This document shows positions 30,662-40,947 of a DNA stretch of 64,000 nt, piece by piece. Made by a program: the position numbers and the translations under genes. The notes under the pieces were generated by a model that was given only the letters and a program-made list of their open reading frames with translations, searched no databases and was not told where the DNA came from. Each line of letters starts with the position of its first letter. The first letter of the stretch is position 1. This DNA comes from an uncultured Chloroflexia bacterium. GTDB lineage: Bacteria > Chloroflexota > Limnocylindria > Limnocylindrales > CSP1-4. The stretch lies in the NCBI GenBank assembly GCA_963813305.1, contig CAWEYP010000019.1:130727-194726 (forward strand), read 5' to 3'.

Positions 30662-31520
30662 GGCGCACGCTCCCGGCGACAGCCTCGGCCGGCGCCGGCG
30701 GGCCCAGCACGTCGAGGATCGCGGCCAGCTCGTCGCGCAGCTCGGCCCGCGCCGCGATCCGGTCCACGAAGCCGTGCTCGATGAGGAACTCGGCGCGCTG
30801 GAACCCGGGCGGCAGCTCCTCGGCGATCGTCCCGGCGGAGACCCGGGCCCCGGCGAACCCGATCAGGGCGTTCGGCTCGGCCACGTTCACGTCGCCCAGC
30901 GCCGCGAAGGAGGCGAAGACGCCGCCGGTGGTCGGATCGGCCATGACCGAGATGTACGGGATGCCCGCCGCCCGCAGCGCCCCGAGGGCGGCGATCGTCT
31001 TCACGAGCTGCATCAGGGCCAGGGTGCCCTCCTGCATCCGGGCCCCGCCCGAGGCGCTGACGACGACGAGGGGGATCCCTTCCGCGAGCGCGCCCTCGGC
31101 GGCCCGCGTCACCTTCTCCCCGACCACCGATCCCATCGACCCGCCCATGAACGTGAAGTCGAGGGCGCAGATCGCGACGCGGCGGCCGGCGAGGGAGCCG
31201 AAGCCCCAGATCGCGGCGTCGCGCCGGCCGGTCGCCGTCTGGGCCGCCACCAGGCGGTCGCGGTACGGCTTGCTGTCGACGAAGCCGAGCGGGTCGCGGG
31301 ACACGAGGCCGGGATCCTGCTCGCGGAAGGTCCCCGGGTCCAGGAGCTGGGCGAGGCGCGCCGGGGCCGAGATGCGGAAGTGGTGGCCGCACGACGGGCA
31401 GACCCGGAGCGCCTTGTCGAGGTGCTTGTTGAAGAGCATCTCGCTGCAGCCGGGGCACTGCGTCCACAGGTCCGGCGGGTAGCTCTCCCGGCGCGGCCGG
31501 AAGGGCAGCGTGATCGGCAT
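30654..31520 (-). CDS. accD: Acetyl-CoA carboxylase carboxyltransferase beta subunit
   Basis: Zn finger CPGC...CPSC, FMGGSMG, SGGARMQEG, PTTGGVFASFA and FQRAEFL. Confidence 0.96.
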   Translation of the reverse strand: MPITLPFRPRRESYPPDLWTQCPGCSEMLFNKHLDKALRVCPSCGHHFRISAPARLAQLLDPGTFREQDPGLVSRDPLGFVDSKPYRDRLVAAQTATGRRDAAIWGFGSLAGRRVAICALDFTFMGGSMGSVVGEKVTRAAEGALAEGIPLVVVSASGGARMQEGTLALMQLVKTIAALGALRAAGIPYISVMADPTTGGVFASFAALGDVNVAEPNALIGFAGARVSAGTIAEELPPGFQRAEFLIEHGFVDRIAARAELRDELAAILDVLGPPAPAEAVAGSVRRG

Positions 31521-32125
31521 CAGGCGAGGCCCCCGGGGAAGGCGTCGCGCCCGGCCCGCGCGGCACGCGCGAGACGGACGGCGCGGGCCATCGGGTCGGT
31601 CGGGGCGCCCCGCGTGAGGCGCCACGCGACGAAGGCGGCGCCCGCCAGGCTGAGGGCGGCGGAGGTGACGGCGCCGCCGACCAGGAGCGGGCGGTGGGCG
31701 GGCTGGCCGGTCGAGACGCGGGACCTCCCGCCGGGACCGTCGGCGGCGGCCCCGGCCGCATCGGCCGGCTCCCCGAGGAGCGCCGCCAGCTCGGGGTTGG
31801 CGAGCTCCTCGGCGAGGACGCCGTCGCCCAGGAGCGGGGCCGGGAACGGGATGACCGTCGCGTCGCCGCCGGACGCCGCGGCCAGGCGCATGCCGGCGGC
31901 AGCCTCCGCCAGGCGGCGCGCCAGGCGCTCCTCGAAGCGGAAGGACGGGTGGACCCGCACCAGCTCGTCGCGGAGCCGTCGCGCGGCGCTCCGGAGCGCC
32001 GGGTCGAGGGCCGGGTCGGCGGGAGCGTCGGGCGCGCCGCGCTCGGCGGCGACCAGGAGCGCCTCGAGGTAGCGGTCGGTGACGAGCGCCTCGACCTCGA
32101 TGGCCTCGAGGGCCGTGGCGCTCAC
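31520..32125 (-). CDS. Hypothetical protein, probable anti-sigma factor with one C-terminal TM
   Basis: Coupled to the ECF gene (GTGA). Helical N-terminus with HPSFRFEERLARRL and a TM segment LLVGGAVTSAALSLAGAAFVAW. Confidence 0.6.
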   Translation of the reverse strand: MSATALEAIEVEALVTDRYLEALLVAAERGAPDAPADPALDPALRSAARRLRDELVRVHPSFRFEERLARRLAEAAAGMRLAAASGGDATVIPFPAPLLGDGVLAEELANPELAALLGEPADAAGAAADGPGGRSRVSTGQPAHRPLLVGGAVTSAALSLAGAAFVAWRLTRGAPTDPMARAVRLARAARAGRDAFPGGLA

Positions 32126-32748
32126 CGGCCGCCCCCGCTCGCGTCGAGGTCGCGGGCCACGGTCCGCAGCGCGCGGTGGAGCAGGACCCGGACGGCCCCC
32201 TCGGAGCGGCCCAGGATGCCGGCGATCTCGGCGGTGCTCATCTCCTCCACGAAGCGCAGGACCACGGCCCGGCGCCGGTCGCCGGGGAGCCGCGCGACGG
32301 CGGCCCAGGCGGCCGTGGCGTCGGCCCGGGCCAGGACGCCGCGCTCGAGATCGTCGGGGGAAGCGGCCGCCTCGGCCGATGACAGCGGGGAGGTCGGGCG
32401 GCGGCGGAGGGTGCGCCGGTGGTTGGCCACCACGTTGCGGGCGATCCGGAAGAGCCAGACGCGGAAGGTCGACGCCTCCGGCCCCGCGTCCGCCGGCGCC
32501 TCCTCGCGGAAGCGCGGCAGCGCGCCGAGGGCGAGCAGGAACGTCCGTTCCGTCACGTCCTCGGCCTCGTGGTGATCGGCGAGCTCGTGGTAGGCAAAGC
32601 TGTAGACCTGCGCGACGTACTTCCGGTAGAGGGCGTCGAACCGGGCCGGGTCGGCCTGGGCCGCCCGGACGAGGCTCCGATCCGGGTCGAGCGGGACCAC
32701 CCGCCCGGCCGAGCCGGCTGCCTCCCCTCCCTTCCTCCGTCCAAACAC
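32122..32748 (-). CDS. ECF sigma-70 factor (true start may be 32700)
   Basis: FDALYRKY, AEDVTERTF, FRVWLFRIARN and region 4 LRFVEEMSTAEIAGILGRSEGAVRVLLHRAL. Confidence 0.93.
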   Translation of the reverse strand: MFGRRKGGEAAGSAGRVVPLDPDRSLVRAAQADPARFDALYRKYVAQVYSFAYHELADHHEAEDVTERTFLLALGALPRFREEAPADAGPEASTFRVWLFRIARNVVANHRRTLRRRPTSPLSSAEAAASPDDLERGVLARADATAAWAAVARLPGDRRRAVVLRFVEEMSTAEIAGILGRSEGAVRVLLHRALRTVARDLDASGGGR

Positions 32749-32764
32749 CGCTCGGGCCGCTCCG

Positions 32765-33619
32765 TTACACGCCGACGGCAGCGTCGGCCGGCGGCGCGCT
32801 CGCCAGACGCACGTGGGTCACGTCGCCGGCGTGGATCGCCCGCTCGCCGCCGGGGACCGACGCATCCGCCACCAGGAGCGCCCCAGTCGCCGGATCGAGG
32901 CCCAGTGCGCGCGCCTCGACGGGCTCGCCACCGTGCTCCTCGAGGCGGACGATCCGGCCCGTGGTGATCTGGCGGACCGTCCAGTCGTCGATGGCAAAGT
33001 AGCCGGCACGCAGCGCCTCGACGCGCGCCTCCAGGCGGCCCAGGAAGCCGTCGAGGAGGATTGCCCGGTCGATCGGCCGGCCGCCGGACGCTTCGGCGAG
33101 GCTGGTCATCTGTGGGGCGAGCTCCGGCGGGAAGTCACGGCGGTCCCAGCCGGCGTTGACGCCGATCCCGACGATGACCCGCGGGTCGCCCGTCCCCAGG
33201 CCGTCGGCCTCGCCTAGGACGCCGCCCAGCTTGCGGATCGGGCCGCCGCCGAGGCCGGTCCCTTCGTGCTCCGGGGCGTCCGCCTCCATCACGAGGTCGT
33301 TGGGCCACTTGAGCCGGACGGCGTGATCGCGAAGCCCCGCGGCGTCCTCGGCCGCGTCGGCCATCGCCAGGCTCACCACGGCGGCCAGGCGCCAGGCGTG
33401 GCCGGGCTCGAGCCAGGTCGGCCGGAAGCCGAGCGACAGGAGGAGCGCGACGCCCGGCGGGGCGGTCCAGGTCCGGCCGGCGCGCCCCCGGCCCGCGGTC
33501 TGCTCGTCGGCGACGGAAAGGCAGACCTCCGGGGTGCCGGTGGCGAGCCACGCCCGGACCGCGTCGTTGGTCGACTCGATCCGGTCGAACCGTTCCTGCC
33601 GGGCGAGGAATGCCGTCAC
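32765..33619 (-). CDS. birA: Biotin-[acetyl-CoA carboxylase] ligase, no N-terminal HTH
   Basis: STND, ADEQTAGRGRAGRTW, LKWPND, RKLGGVL and VGIGVN. Confidence 0.93.
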   Translation of the reverse strand: MTAFLARQERFDRIESTNDAVRAWLATGTPEVCLSVADEQTAGRGRAGRTWTAPPGVALLLSLGFRPTWLEPGHAWRLAAVVSLAMADAAEDAAGLRDHAVRLKWPNDLVMEADAPEHEGTGLGGGPIRKLGGVLGEADGLGTGDPRVIVGIGVNAGWDRRDFPPELAPQMTSLAEASGGRPIDRAILLDGFLGRLEARVEALRAGYFAIDDWTVRQITTGRIVRLEEHGGEPVEARALGLDPATGALLVADASVPGGERAIHAGDVTHVRLASAPPADAAVGV

Positions 33620-34899
33620 CGGCTCGTGGCCGCTCCGGGCGTCGCGCCCGGTCCGTCGACCGGGTCAGGCGTCGCCAGCTCGAAGGCGGCGTGGAGGGCG
33701 CGGACGGCGGCCTCCAGGTCGTGCTCGGCGATGGTGCAGGTGATCCGGACCTCGGAGGTCGAGATCATCTCGATGTTGACGCCGGCATCGGACAGCGCCC
33801 CGAACATCCGGGCGGCGTAGCCCGGGGCGTTGTGGAGCCCGGCGCCCACGATGGAGACCTTGGCGATCGAGGCGTCGGTGGTCATGTCCCGGAAGCCGAG
33901 GTCGCGGACCACGGGCTCCAGGATCCGCTTGGCATGCGCCAGCTCGACCCGCGGCACCGTGAAGCTCATGTCGGTCGTGCCGCCGTGGCCGACGTTCTGG
34001 ACGATCATGTCGACGCTGATGCCGCCGTCGGCGAGCGGGGCGAAGACGGCGTGCGCGACGCCCGGCCGGTCGGGAACGTCGACGAGGGTGATCTTGGCGA
34101 CGTTCCGATCGCTGGCGATGCCCCGCACCTTGTTGCGCTGCTCCACGAGCGGGTCCTCCCTGATCAGGGTGCCGGGGGCGTCCTCGAACGAGCTGAGGAC
34201 CTCGATGACGACGTCGTTGACCCAGCCGAGCTCGACGGCCCGGACCTGCATCACCTGGGCGCCCTGGTGGGCCAGCTCCAGCATCTCCTCGTAGCCGATG
34301 ACGGAGAGCTGGCGGGCGTCCGGGACCAGCCGCGGGTCGGCCGTGTAGATGCCCTTGACGTCCGTGTAGATCTGGCAGCGGTCGGCGCTCAGGGCAGCCG
34401 CGAGGGCGACCGCCGTCGTGTCGGAGCCGCCGCGCCCCAGGGTGGTGGTCTCCATGAGCTCGAGCGCCTTGGCGCTCTGGCCCTGGAAGCCGGCCACGAT
34501 CACGACCCGGCCGTCGGCCATCTCGGCGCGGATCCGGACAGGGTCGATCCCGGCGATCCGGGCCTTGCCGTAGGTCCCGTCGGTGACGATCCCGGCCTGG
34601 GCGCCGGTGAGCGAGATCGCCGGCACGCCCAGGGCCTGGAGCGCCATCGACATGAGGGTCGCGCTCTGGTGCTCCCCGGTGGCCAGGAGCATGTCCAGCT
34701 CGCGCGGCTGGGGCTCCTCGGTGATCGCGGCGGCGAGCGACAGGAGCTCGTCGGTGGTGTCGCCCATCGCCGACACGACGACGCACAGGTCGGCGCCCTC
34801 GGCGCGGGCGGCCGCGATCCGGCGCGCGACGCGCCGAATCCGGTCGGCGTTGGCGACCGAGCTGCCGCCGAACTTCATGACGACGAGGGGGTGCGACAT
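33616..34899 (-). CDS. lysC: Aspartate kinase with two ACT domains
   Basis: VMKFGGSS, VVSAMG, TTLGRGGSDTTA, YTDVKG.YTADPR and ISTSEVRI. Confidence 0.95.
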   Translation of the reverse strand: MSHPLVVMKFGGSSVANADRIRRVARRIAAARAEGADLCVVVSAMGDTTDELLSLAAAITEEPQPRELDMLLATGEHQSATLMSMALQALGVPAISLTGAQAGIVTDGTYGKARIAGIDPVRIRAEMADGRVVIVAGFQGQSAKALELMETTTLGRGGSDTTAVALAAALSADRCQIYTDVKGIYTADPRLVPDARQLSVIGYEEMLELAHQGAQVMQVRAVELGWVNDVVIEVLSSFEDAPGTLIREDPLVEQRNKVRGIASDRNVAKITLVDVPDRPGVAHAVFAPLADGGISVDMIVQNVGHGGTTDMSFTVPRVELAHAKRILEPVVRDLGFRDMTTDASIAKVSIVGAGLHNAPGYAARMFGALSDAGVNIEMISTSEVRITCTIAEHDLEAAVRALHAAFELATPDPVDGPGATPGAATSR

Positions 34900-34964
34900 C
34901 GGCGCGGATTGTACTCTGCGCACGCACCGGCGCCGGCGACGGCCGATTGCCGCCAGAAGGCCGA

Positions 34965-35330
34965 TCAGCTCTCTCCGAGCACCCGCCTCGTCGCCGCATC
35001 GTCTTCGAGATCCACCGATGCGTCCATCGGCCGTGCCATCCAGTCGAGTGGCGAGGAGCGCTCCGCCTCCAGGACGAGCTCACCTCCAGGAGCATGCCCC
35101 TCCGGCCACGTGTCCTTGTCGAGCTCGTACTCGGCGATGAAGAAGCCCCCGCCGGGATCGCCATCGTCGTCAAGCAGGCGCGCTCGGTCGCGGAAGCCCG
35201 GCTTCCCGCCGAGACGGCGAACGGCGTCAACGGCCGCGGCCTGCGACGAATAGGCGCCGACGAGCTCTGGATCTTCGTCCTCCTCGCCGTGGACATGCCA
35301 CAGGAGGAAGACCCACGACTTCAGCCTCAT
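34965..35330 (-). CDS. Small hypothetical protein
   Basis: 121 aa, VFLLWHVH...ELVGAYSSQAAAVDAVRRL..KPGFRD...FFIAEYELDKDTWPEG, which resembles a widespread small uncharacterised family. Confidence 0.6.
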   Translation of the reverse strand: MRLKSWVFLLWHVHGEEDEDPELVGAYSSQAAAVDAVRRLGGKPGFRDRARLLDDDGDPGGGFFIAEYELDKDTWPEGHAPGGELVLEAERSSPLDWMARPMDASVDLEDDAATRRVLGES

Positions 35331-35464
35331 TTCGCCATCGTAGCGGGGGTTCGCTCCGTCGCCCGGCACCTTCCGGCAGGCCACCGCGCCGCTATCGACG
35401 TCACGCGATACGATCCGCCCGGTCGTCCGCCACTCAGCCCCCGCCATCCAGGAGCGCCACCCGC

Positions 35465-36241
35465 ATGTGCTTCGACCTCGACAGCCGGCCGCCCATCACG
35501 CCGATCGCCGGCGGCGCCATCGACAGCGAGGAGGTCGTGCTCCGGGCCGGCGACGGCGGGCGGTTCGCGGGCCTCCTGGCGCGGGCGGAGAAGCCGACCG
35601 GCGCCTCGATCATCGTGCTGCCGGACGTGCGCGGGCTCCATCCCTACTACGAGGAGCTGGCCCTGCGGTTCGCCGAGGTCGGCGTCGACGCCCTGGCGAT
35701 CGACTACTTCGGCCGGACGGCGGGCATCGGCATTCGCGAGCGTCCCACCGACTTCGACTTCATGAGCCACGTCGGCGAGACGCGCTTCTCCAACCTGTCG
35801 TGGGACGTCCAGGCGGCGGCCGAGAAGCTACGCGACCTGGGGCCGGGCCGCGGCCGGGCCGTCTTCTCGATCGGCTTCTGCTTCGGCGGCCGGCTCGCCT
35901 TCCTGGCCAACACGCTGGGCCTGGACCTGGCCGGCGCGATCGGCTTCTACGGCTGGCCGGTGGGCGCCCGCGGCGACATCCCCGCCCCTGCCGATTCGAC
36001 CGGCCTGATGACCGCCCCGGTGCTGGCGATCTTCGGCGGCGCGGACCGGGGCATCCCTCCCGAGGCGGTCGAGACCTTCGGGGACGCCCTGGCTGCCACC
36101 GGGCTTCCCCACGAGGTGGTGTCCTACCCGGGTGCCCCTCACTCCTTCTTCGATCGGAAGGCGGAGGACTTCACCGACACTTCGACGGACGCCTGGGAGC
36201 GGGTGCTCTCCTTCATCCGGACGAACACGCCGGACGCCTGA
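35465..36241 (+). CDS. Dienelactone hydrolase family protein
   Basis: PDVRGL, GFCFGG nucleophile elbow and YPGAPHSFF. Confidence 0.92.
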   Translation: MCFDLDSRPPITPIAGGAIDSEEVVLRAGDGGRFAGLLARAEKPTGASIIVLPDVRGLHPYYEELALRFAEVGVDALAIDYFGRTAGIGIRERPTDFDFMSHVGETRFSNLSWDVQAAAEKLRDLGPGRGRAVFSIGFCFGGRLAFLANTLGLDLAGAIGFYGWPVGARGDIPAPADSTGLMTAPVLAIFGGADRGIPPEAVETFGDALAATGLPHEVVSYPGAPHSFFDRKAEDFTDTSTDAWERVLSFIRTNTPDA

Positions 36242-36283
36242 CGGGACGCGGGGCAGCTACCGCGGGGAGGCCGGAGACCTGAC

Positions 36284-36814
36284 GTGGCGAACCCGGGCGA
36301 CGACACGGCGCTGATCGTCCCGGTCCGCCTGCCGCGGCCGCTCGAGGCGCTCCGACGACGGGCGATCGCGGACGCTCGCTTCGGGCTCCCGGCCCACGTG
36401 ACGCTGCTCTACCCGTTTGCGCCGCGCGATGCCCTCGATGGCGACCTGCGCGCGCTCCTGGCGGGCGTCCTGGCCGACGCGGCCGCGTTCGCGTTCGAGC
36501 TGCGAGGCCTGGGCACGTGGCCGGATGTGCTGTTCGCGACCGTCGAACCCGTCCTTCCGTTCCACTCCCTCCACGATCGCCTCGCGGCTGCCTTCCCTGC
36601 CTACCCGATCTACGGCGGCCGGTTCGACTTCGTCCCCCACGTCACGATCGCCGAGGGACCCCTGGCCGCCGGGCCGGCGATCGCCGACGATCCCGCATGG
36701 GGCACGCTGCCCGCGGGGCGGATGGCCAGGTCAGCGGACCTGGTCGTCCGGGACGGCGATGCCTGGAAGGTGCGGTGGCGGTTCCGGTTCCACGACGTCG
36801 ACCGGTCGGCCTGA
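36284..36814 (+). CDS. 2H phosphoesterase (2'-5' RNA ligase family)
   Basis: Two HxT motifs, AHVTLLYPF and PHVTIAE. Confidence 0.9.
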   Translation: MANPGDDTALIVPVRLPRPLEALRRRAIADARFGLPAHVTLLYPFAPRDALDGDLRALLAGVLADAAAFAFELRGLGTWPDVLFATVEPVLPFHSLHDRLAAAFPAYPIYGGRFDFVPHVTIAEGPLAAGPAIADDPAWGTLPAGRMARSADLVVRDGDAWKVRWRFRFHDVDRSA

Positions 36815-36842
36815 TCCCGGCCGCCGCGGACCATCGCCTCCC

Positions 36843-37808
36843 CTACCCGCCCAGCGGCTGCTCCACGCGCGCGCCTGTGTTGCGCGGCGCGACCAGCTCC
36901 ACGCGGCCCGGCAGGTCCAGGTCGGCCGCCGCGGCGCGCATGGCGGCTTCGATCCGGGTGAGCACCGAGAGCGAGTCGGCGAAGGCGATGATCGTGCTGC
37001 CCGCTCCCGAGAGGCAGGCCCCGAGCGCCCCGGCGCCGCGGGCCGCGGCGACGAGCTGCGGCAGCTCCGGGTAGACGATTGCGCGGTAGGGCTCGTGAAG
37101 CCGGTCGACCGTCAGCTGGCCCAGGCCGGCCACGTCGCCGACAGCGAGGGCCGCGACCCCGAGGGCGACCCGCTGGATGTTCGAGACGGCGTCGGCGAGC
37201 GGGACCATCTCCGGCAGCGCGGCCCGCATGTCGCGGGTCGCAAGCCGCAGGTCGGGGATGAACAGGATCGCCCGCAGGTCGCGCGGGATCTCGAAGCGGA
37301 TCGCGGTTGGCGCCTCGCCGTGGGCGGCGATCGTGAAGCCGCCCATCAGCGCCGCCGCGGCATTGTCGGGGTGGCCCTCGAGCTCGGTCGCGAGCGTCAG
37401 GGCACGGTCCACGTCGAGCGTGCCGCCACCCAGTGCGGCGCCCGCGAGGAGTCCGCCGACCGTCGCCGCGGCCGACGACCCGAGGCCCCGGGCCAGCGGG
37501 ATCCGGTTGCGCATCTGGATCCGCCAGCCCAGGTCGCTGGCGCCGTCGCCGCGGATCTCGGAAAGGCCTCGTTCGAGCGCGACCACGAAGGCGTTCGTGC
37601 GGTCGCCCGCCAGCTCGCCGGCCCCTTCGCCCTCGACAGCGATCTCGACCCCGGCGCCGGGCCGGGCAAGGCATTCCACCTCGACCCGGTCGACGATCTC
37701 GAGGGCCACGGCGACGCAGTCATAGCCGGCCCCGAGGTTCGCGCTGGTGGCCGGGACCTCGACCGCGATCCAGCGACCGTCGAGGTCGGCGAAATGGCTC
37801 ATCGTCAT
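36843..37808 (-). CDS. thrB: Homoserine kinase
   Basis: PATSANLGAGYD, IPLARGLGSSAAA, EGHPDN and LSGAGST. RBS AAGGAG upstream. Confidence 0.95.
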   Translation of the reverse strand: MTMSHFADLDGRWIAVEVPATSANLGAGYDCVAVALEIVDRVEVECLARPGAGVEIAVEGEGAGELAGDRTNAFVVALERGLSEIRGDGASDLGWRIQMRNRIPLARGLGSSAAATVGGLLAGAALGGGTLDVDRALTLATELEGHPDNAAAALMGGFTIAAHGEAPTAIRFEIPRDLRAILFIPDLRLATRDMRAALPEMVPLADAVSNIQRVALGVAALAVGDVAGLGQLTVDRLHEPYRAIVYPELPQLVAAARGAGALGACLSGAGSTIIAFADSLSVLTRIEAAMRAAAADLDLPGRVELVAPRNTGARVEQPLGG

Positions 37809-37845
37809 CGGGTCTCCTTTGCCGGCGCCCCGCCGGTTGCCGCGT

Positions 37846-38940
37846 TCACCGCCATCCCAGTGCCGCCGTGATCGCCGGGAGCGTGGCATCGGCCTCGAGC
37901 AGGGGCTGGGCGAGTCGCCCCCCGCTGTCGGGATCCTTCAGGCCGTGCCCCGTGAGCACGCAGACGACCCGGGCGCCCGGATCCAGCCGGCCCTCCGCGC
38001 GCAGCTTGCGGACCCCGGCCAGGCTGGCGGCTGATGCCGGCTCGCAGAAGATGCCGGCCAGGCGCACGACATCGCGGTAGGCCGCGAAGATCTCGTCGTC
38101 GGTCACCGCCTCGATGAGCCCGCCGGATTCGTCGCGGGCGGTCGTCGCCTTCTCCCACGACGCCGGGTTGCCGATCCGGATCGCGGTCGCGAAGGTCTCC
38201 GGGTGCTCCACCGGACGGCCCAGCACGATGGGCGCGGCACCGGCGGCCTGGAAGCCCCACATCCGCGGCAGGCGGTCGATCACGCCGGCCTCGCGATAGG
38301 CGCGGAAGCCCATCCAGTAGGCGCTGATGTTGCCGGCGTTGCCGACCGGGATGGCGAGCACATCGGGCGGCCCGCCGAGGTCATCGCAGACCTCGAAGGC
38401 GGCCGTCTTCTGGCCCTCCAGGCGGAACGGGTTGACCGAGTTCACGAGGGTGACCGGATGCTCGTCCTGCTCCGCGAGGGCCCGAACGGCGGCGAGGGCG
38501 GCATCGAAGTTGCCGCGTACGGCCAGCACCTTCGCCCCGGCGACCTGCGCCTGCAGGAGCTTGCCGGCGGCGATCTTGCCCACCGGGAGGACGACGACGA
38601 CCTCCAGCCCGGCAGCCGCCCCGTACGCCGCCGCGGACGCGGACGTGTTGCCCGTGGAGGCGCAGACGATGGCGGTCGCCCCCGCTTCGACCGCCTTCGC
38701 CACGGCCATCACCATGCCGCGGTCCTTGAAGGAGCCGGTGGGGTTGGCGCCCTCGAGCTTGAGATGGAGGTCCGGGATCCCCCACGCCTCTCCGAGGCGG
38801 ACCGCGTGGACGAGGGGCGTGGCGCCCTCGCCCAGCGAGAGGCGGGGCGTGGCGCCGGTCAGGGGGAGGTGACGGGCGTAGCGGTCCAGCAGGCGCGGCC
38901 GCGCCGGCGACCCGGCCACCGCGCGCTCCAGCCCGCCCAT
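37846..38940 (-). CDS. thrC: Threonine synthase
   Basis: [40 protein letters not shown] and PVGNAGNI. Confidence 0.96.
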   Translation of the reverse strand: MGGLERAVAGSPARPRLLDRYARHLPLTGATPRLSLGEGATPLVHAVRLGEAWGIPDLHLKLEGANPTGSFKDRGMVMAVAKAVEAGATAIVCASTGNTSASAAAYGAAAGLEVVVVLPVGKIAAGKLLQAQVAGAKVLAVRGNFDAALAAVRALAEQDEHPVTLVNSVNPFRLEGQKTAAFEVCDDLGGPPDVLAIPVGNAGNISAYWMGFRAYREAGVIDRLPRMWGFQAAGAAPIVLGRPVEHPETFATAIRIGNPASWEKATTARDESGGLIEAVTDDEIFAAYRDVVRLAGIFCEPASAASLAGVRKLRAEGRLDPGARVVCVLTGHGLKDPDSGGRLAQPLLEADATLPAITAALGWR

Positions 38941-40214
38941 CAGTCGGTGACCGGGTAGAGCGTGACGTCGACGCCGTCCGGCAGATGCGGCTCGATCGCC
39001 GCCCGGACCCGCTCGAGGGGGAGCGGTCCGGTCCGGACGACCGTTCCGTCCTCGATCTCCTCGAGGGCCGCCGTCTCGCCGAGCTCGACCCCCTCGGGCC
39101 CGATCCCGGGCAGGAAGGCGAACCACGGCCGGTCGACGGCGAACGGATCGACGACGTTCGCGCGGGTTGGCGTCTCGTCGGCCGGGACGAGCCCCGCCCA
39201 GGTGCTCCCGCCGTGGCGCGCGATCGCCAGGAGGTCGCCGAGGACGGCGCTGCTGGTGGGATCGCCGCCGGCTCCCGGGCCGGAGAAGGCGACGTTGCCG
39301 ACCGGCTCGGCCCGGACCTCGACCCGGTTCAGGACGCCGTCGGTGCCGCCGAGTGCCCCGTTCCCCGGCACCGCCGTCGGCAGGACCGTTGCCGCCAGCG
39401 TCCCGGCCGGGCCGGGCTCGACGACGGCCAGGAGCTTCAGGTCGAGGCCCAGGTAGCCCGCACCCTCGATCTCCGCGGACGTCACGCCGGTGATCCCGGG
39501 CCTGCCCCAGCCCCGGACCGAGGGCGGCGTGCGCAAGACGCTGCCCGGCTCCAGCCACGAACCGAACGCCAGCCGCGCCAGCAGGACCAGCTTGTTGACC
39601 GCGTCGTCACCCTCGACGTCACCGCGCGGGTCCGCCTCCGCGTAGCCGCTCGCCTGGGCCTCGGCGAGGACCTCGTCGTAGGGCTGCCCCAGCTCGCCCA
39701 TCGCGGTGAGGATGAAGTTGGTGGTCCCGTTCACGATTCCCCGGACCCGGGAGACCACGTTGACCGCGAGGTCCGACGCCAGCGGGGAGAGGATGGGAAT
39801 CCCACCGGCGACGGCCGCCTCGTAGCGCAGCGCGCCGCCGGTCCGCCGGGCGATCGCCTCCAGCTCCGGGCCGTGGTGGGCGATGACGTGCTTGTTCGCG
39901 GTGACGACCTGCTTGCCGGCACCGAGCGCCGCCGCGACCAGCGTGTGCGCCGGCTCGTCGCCGCCCATCAGCTCCACGACAACGTCGATCTCCGGATCGG
40001 CGACGAGGTGGGCCGGGGCGTCGGTCAGGAGCTCGGCCGGGATCCCGCGTCCGACGGCTTTCGCGATGTCGCGCACCGCGACGCCGGCCAGGACGAGCCG
40101 CGCGCCGTCGAACGGGGCGAGCTTCTCCGGGTGCTCCAGGAAGACGCGCACGACGGAGCCGCCGACGGTGCCAGCGCCGAGCACCGCGACGCGGAGGGGG
40201 GCTCGAGTGGACAT
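38940..40214 (-). CDS. hom: Homoserine dehydrogenase
   Basis: [41 protein letters not shown] and [13 protein letters not shown]. Confidence 0.95.
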   Translation of the reverse strand: MSTRAPLRVAVLGAGTVGGSVVRVFLEHPEKLAPFDGARLVLAGVAVRDIAKAVGRGIPAELLTDAPAHLVADPEIDVVVELMGGDEPAHTLVAAALGAGKQVVTANKHVIAHHGPELEAIARRTGGALRYEAAVAGGIPILSPLASDLAVNVVSRVRGIVNGTTNFILTAMGELGQPYDEVLAEAQASGYAEADPRGDVEGDDAVNKLVLLARLAFGSWLEPGSVLRTPPSVRGWGRPGITGVTSAEIEGAGYLGLDLKLLAVVEPGPAGTLAATVLPTAVPGNGALGGTDGVLNRVEVRAEPVGNVAFSGPGAGGDPTSSAVLGDLLAIARHGGSTWAGLVPADETPTRANVVDPFAVDRPWFAFLPGIGPEGVELGETAALEEIEDGTVVRTGPLPLERVRAAIEPHLPDGVDVTLYPVTD

Positions 40215-40372
40215 CGGGGTGATCGTAACGGACGGAGCACGCCCGCGGAGGCTTGCTCGACCCCGGGGGGGGTCCGTTCGACTCTAGACGCCGCCAGGGT
40301 CGCTGGCGAAGGTCTGGTCCGTCAGCACTCAGCACCGCACGGGACTCCTCCGGGAAGACTTGCCCGGCCGAC

Positions 40373-40397
40373 GGGACACTTGGCCTTCCAGGGCGTA
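40373..40397 (+). promoter_or_regulatory. Putative ECF autoregulatory promoter
   Basis: GGGAC-N16-CGTA ends 10 nt before the ECF ATG and resembles the GGAAC...CGTN ECF consensus. Confidence 0.45.
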
Positions 40398-40407
40398 TCT
40401 CTGTAGC

Positions 40408-40947
40408 ATGACCGGCTCCGTCCTCGACTCCAGTGCCACCACGACGACCGTGGAACGCGCCGTGGCCGGGGAGGAGGCAGCCTTCGCCCGGATCGTCGCC
40501 GCCTACCACCTCGACCTCGTGCGGGTCGCCTACGTCATCTGTGGTGACGAGGGCCTGGCCGAGGATGCGGCGCAGGCGTCTTGGTGGATCGCCTGGCGCA
40601 AGCTCGGCTCGCTCCGCGACCGCGACCGCCTGAAGCCCTGGCTCGTCGCGATCGCCGCGAACGAGGCGCGCAAGCTCGTCGCGCGCGAGCACCGCCATCC
40701 GGTCGTCGAGATCGACCTCGGCCGGCCGTCCCTCGGCTCGGACCCAGCGGGCGGGATCGACCACGTCGACCTGGCGAACGCTCTCGGCCACCTAAAGCCC
40801 GAGGACCGGGCGCTCGTCGCCATGCGCTATGGAGCGGACCTGGATTCGTCCGAGCTCGCGCCCATCCTGGGAATGTCCCCGTCCGGCGTGCGCAGCCGGC
40901 TGTCCCGCCTGCTCGACCGCCTCCGGGAGGAGCTCGGCGATGACTGA
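40408..40947 (+). CDS. ECF sigma-70 factor
   Basis: AFARIV, AEDAAQ, LKPWLVAIAANEAR and LAPILGMSPSGVRSRLSR. Confidence 0.93.
   Translation: MTGSVLDSSATTTTVERAVAGEEAAFARIVAAYHLDLVRVAYVICGDEGLAEDAAQASWWIAWRKLGSLRDRDRLKPWLVAIAANEARKLVAREHRHPVVEIDLGRPSLGSDPAGGIDHVDLANALGHLKPEDRALVAMRYGADLDSSELAPILGMSPSGVRSRLSRLLDRLREELGDD

Noticed and set aside
34900-34964. Lysine riboswitch or attenuator upstream of lysC
   Set aside because: The -10 is 8 nt from the ATG, leaving no room for a leader.
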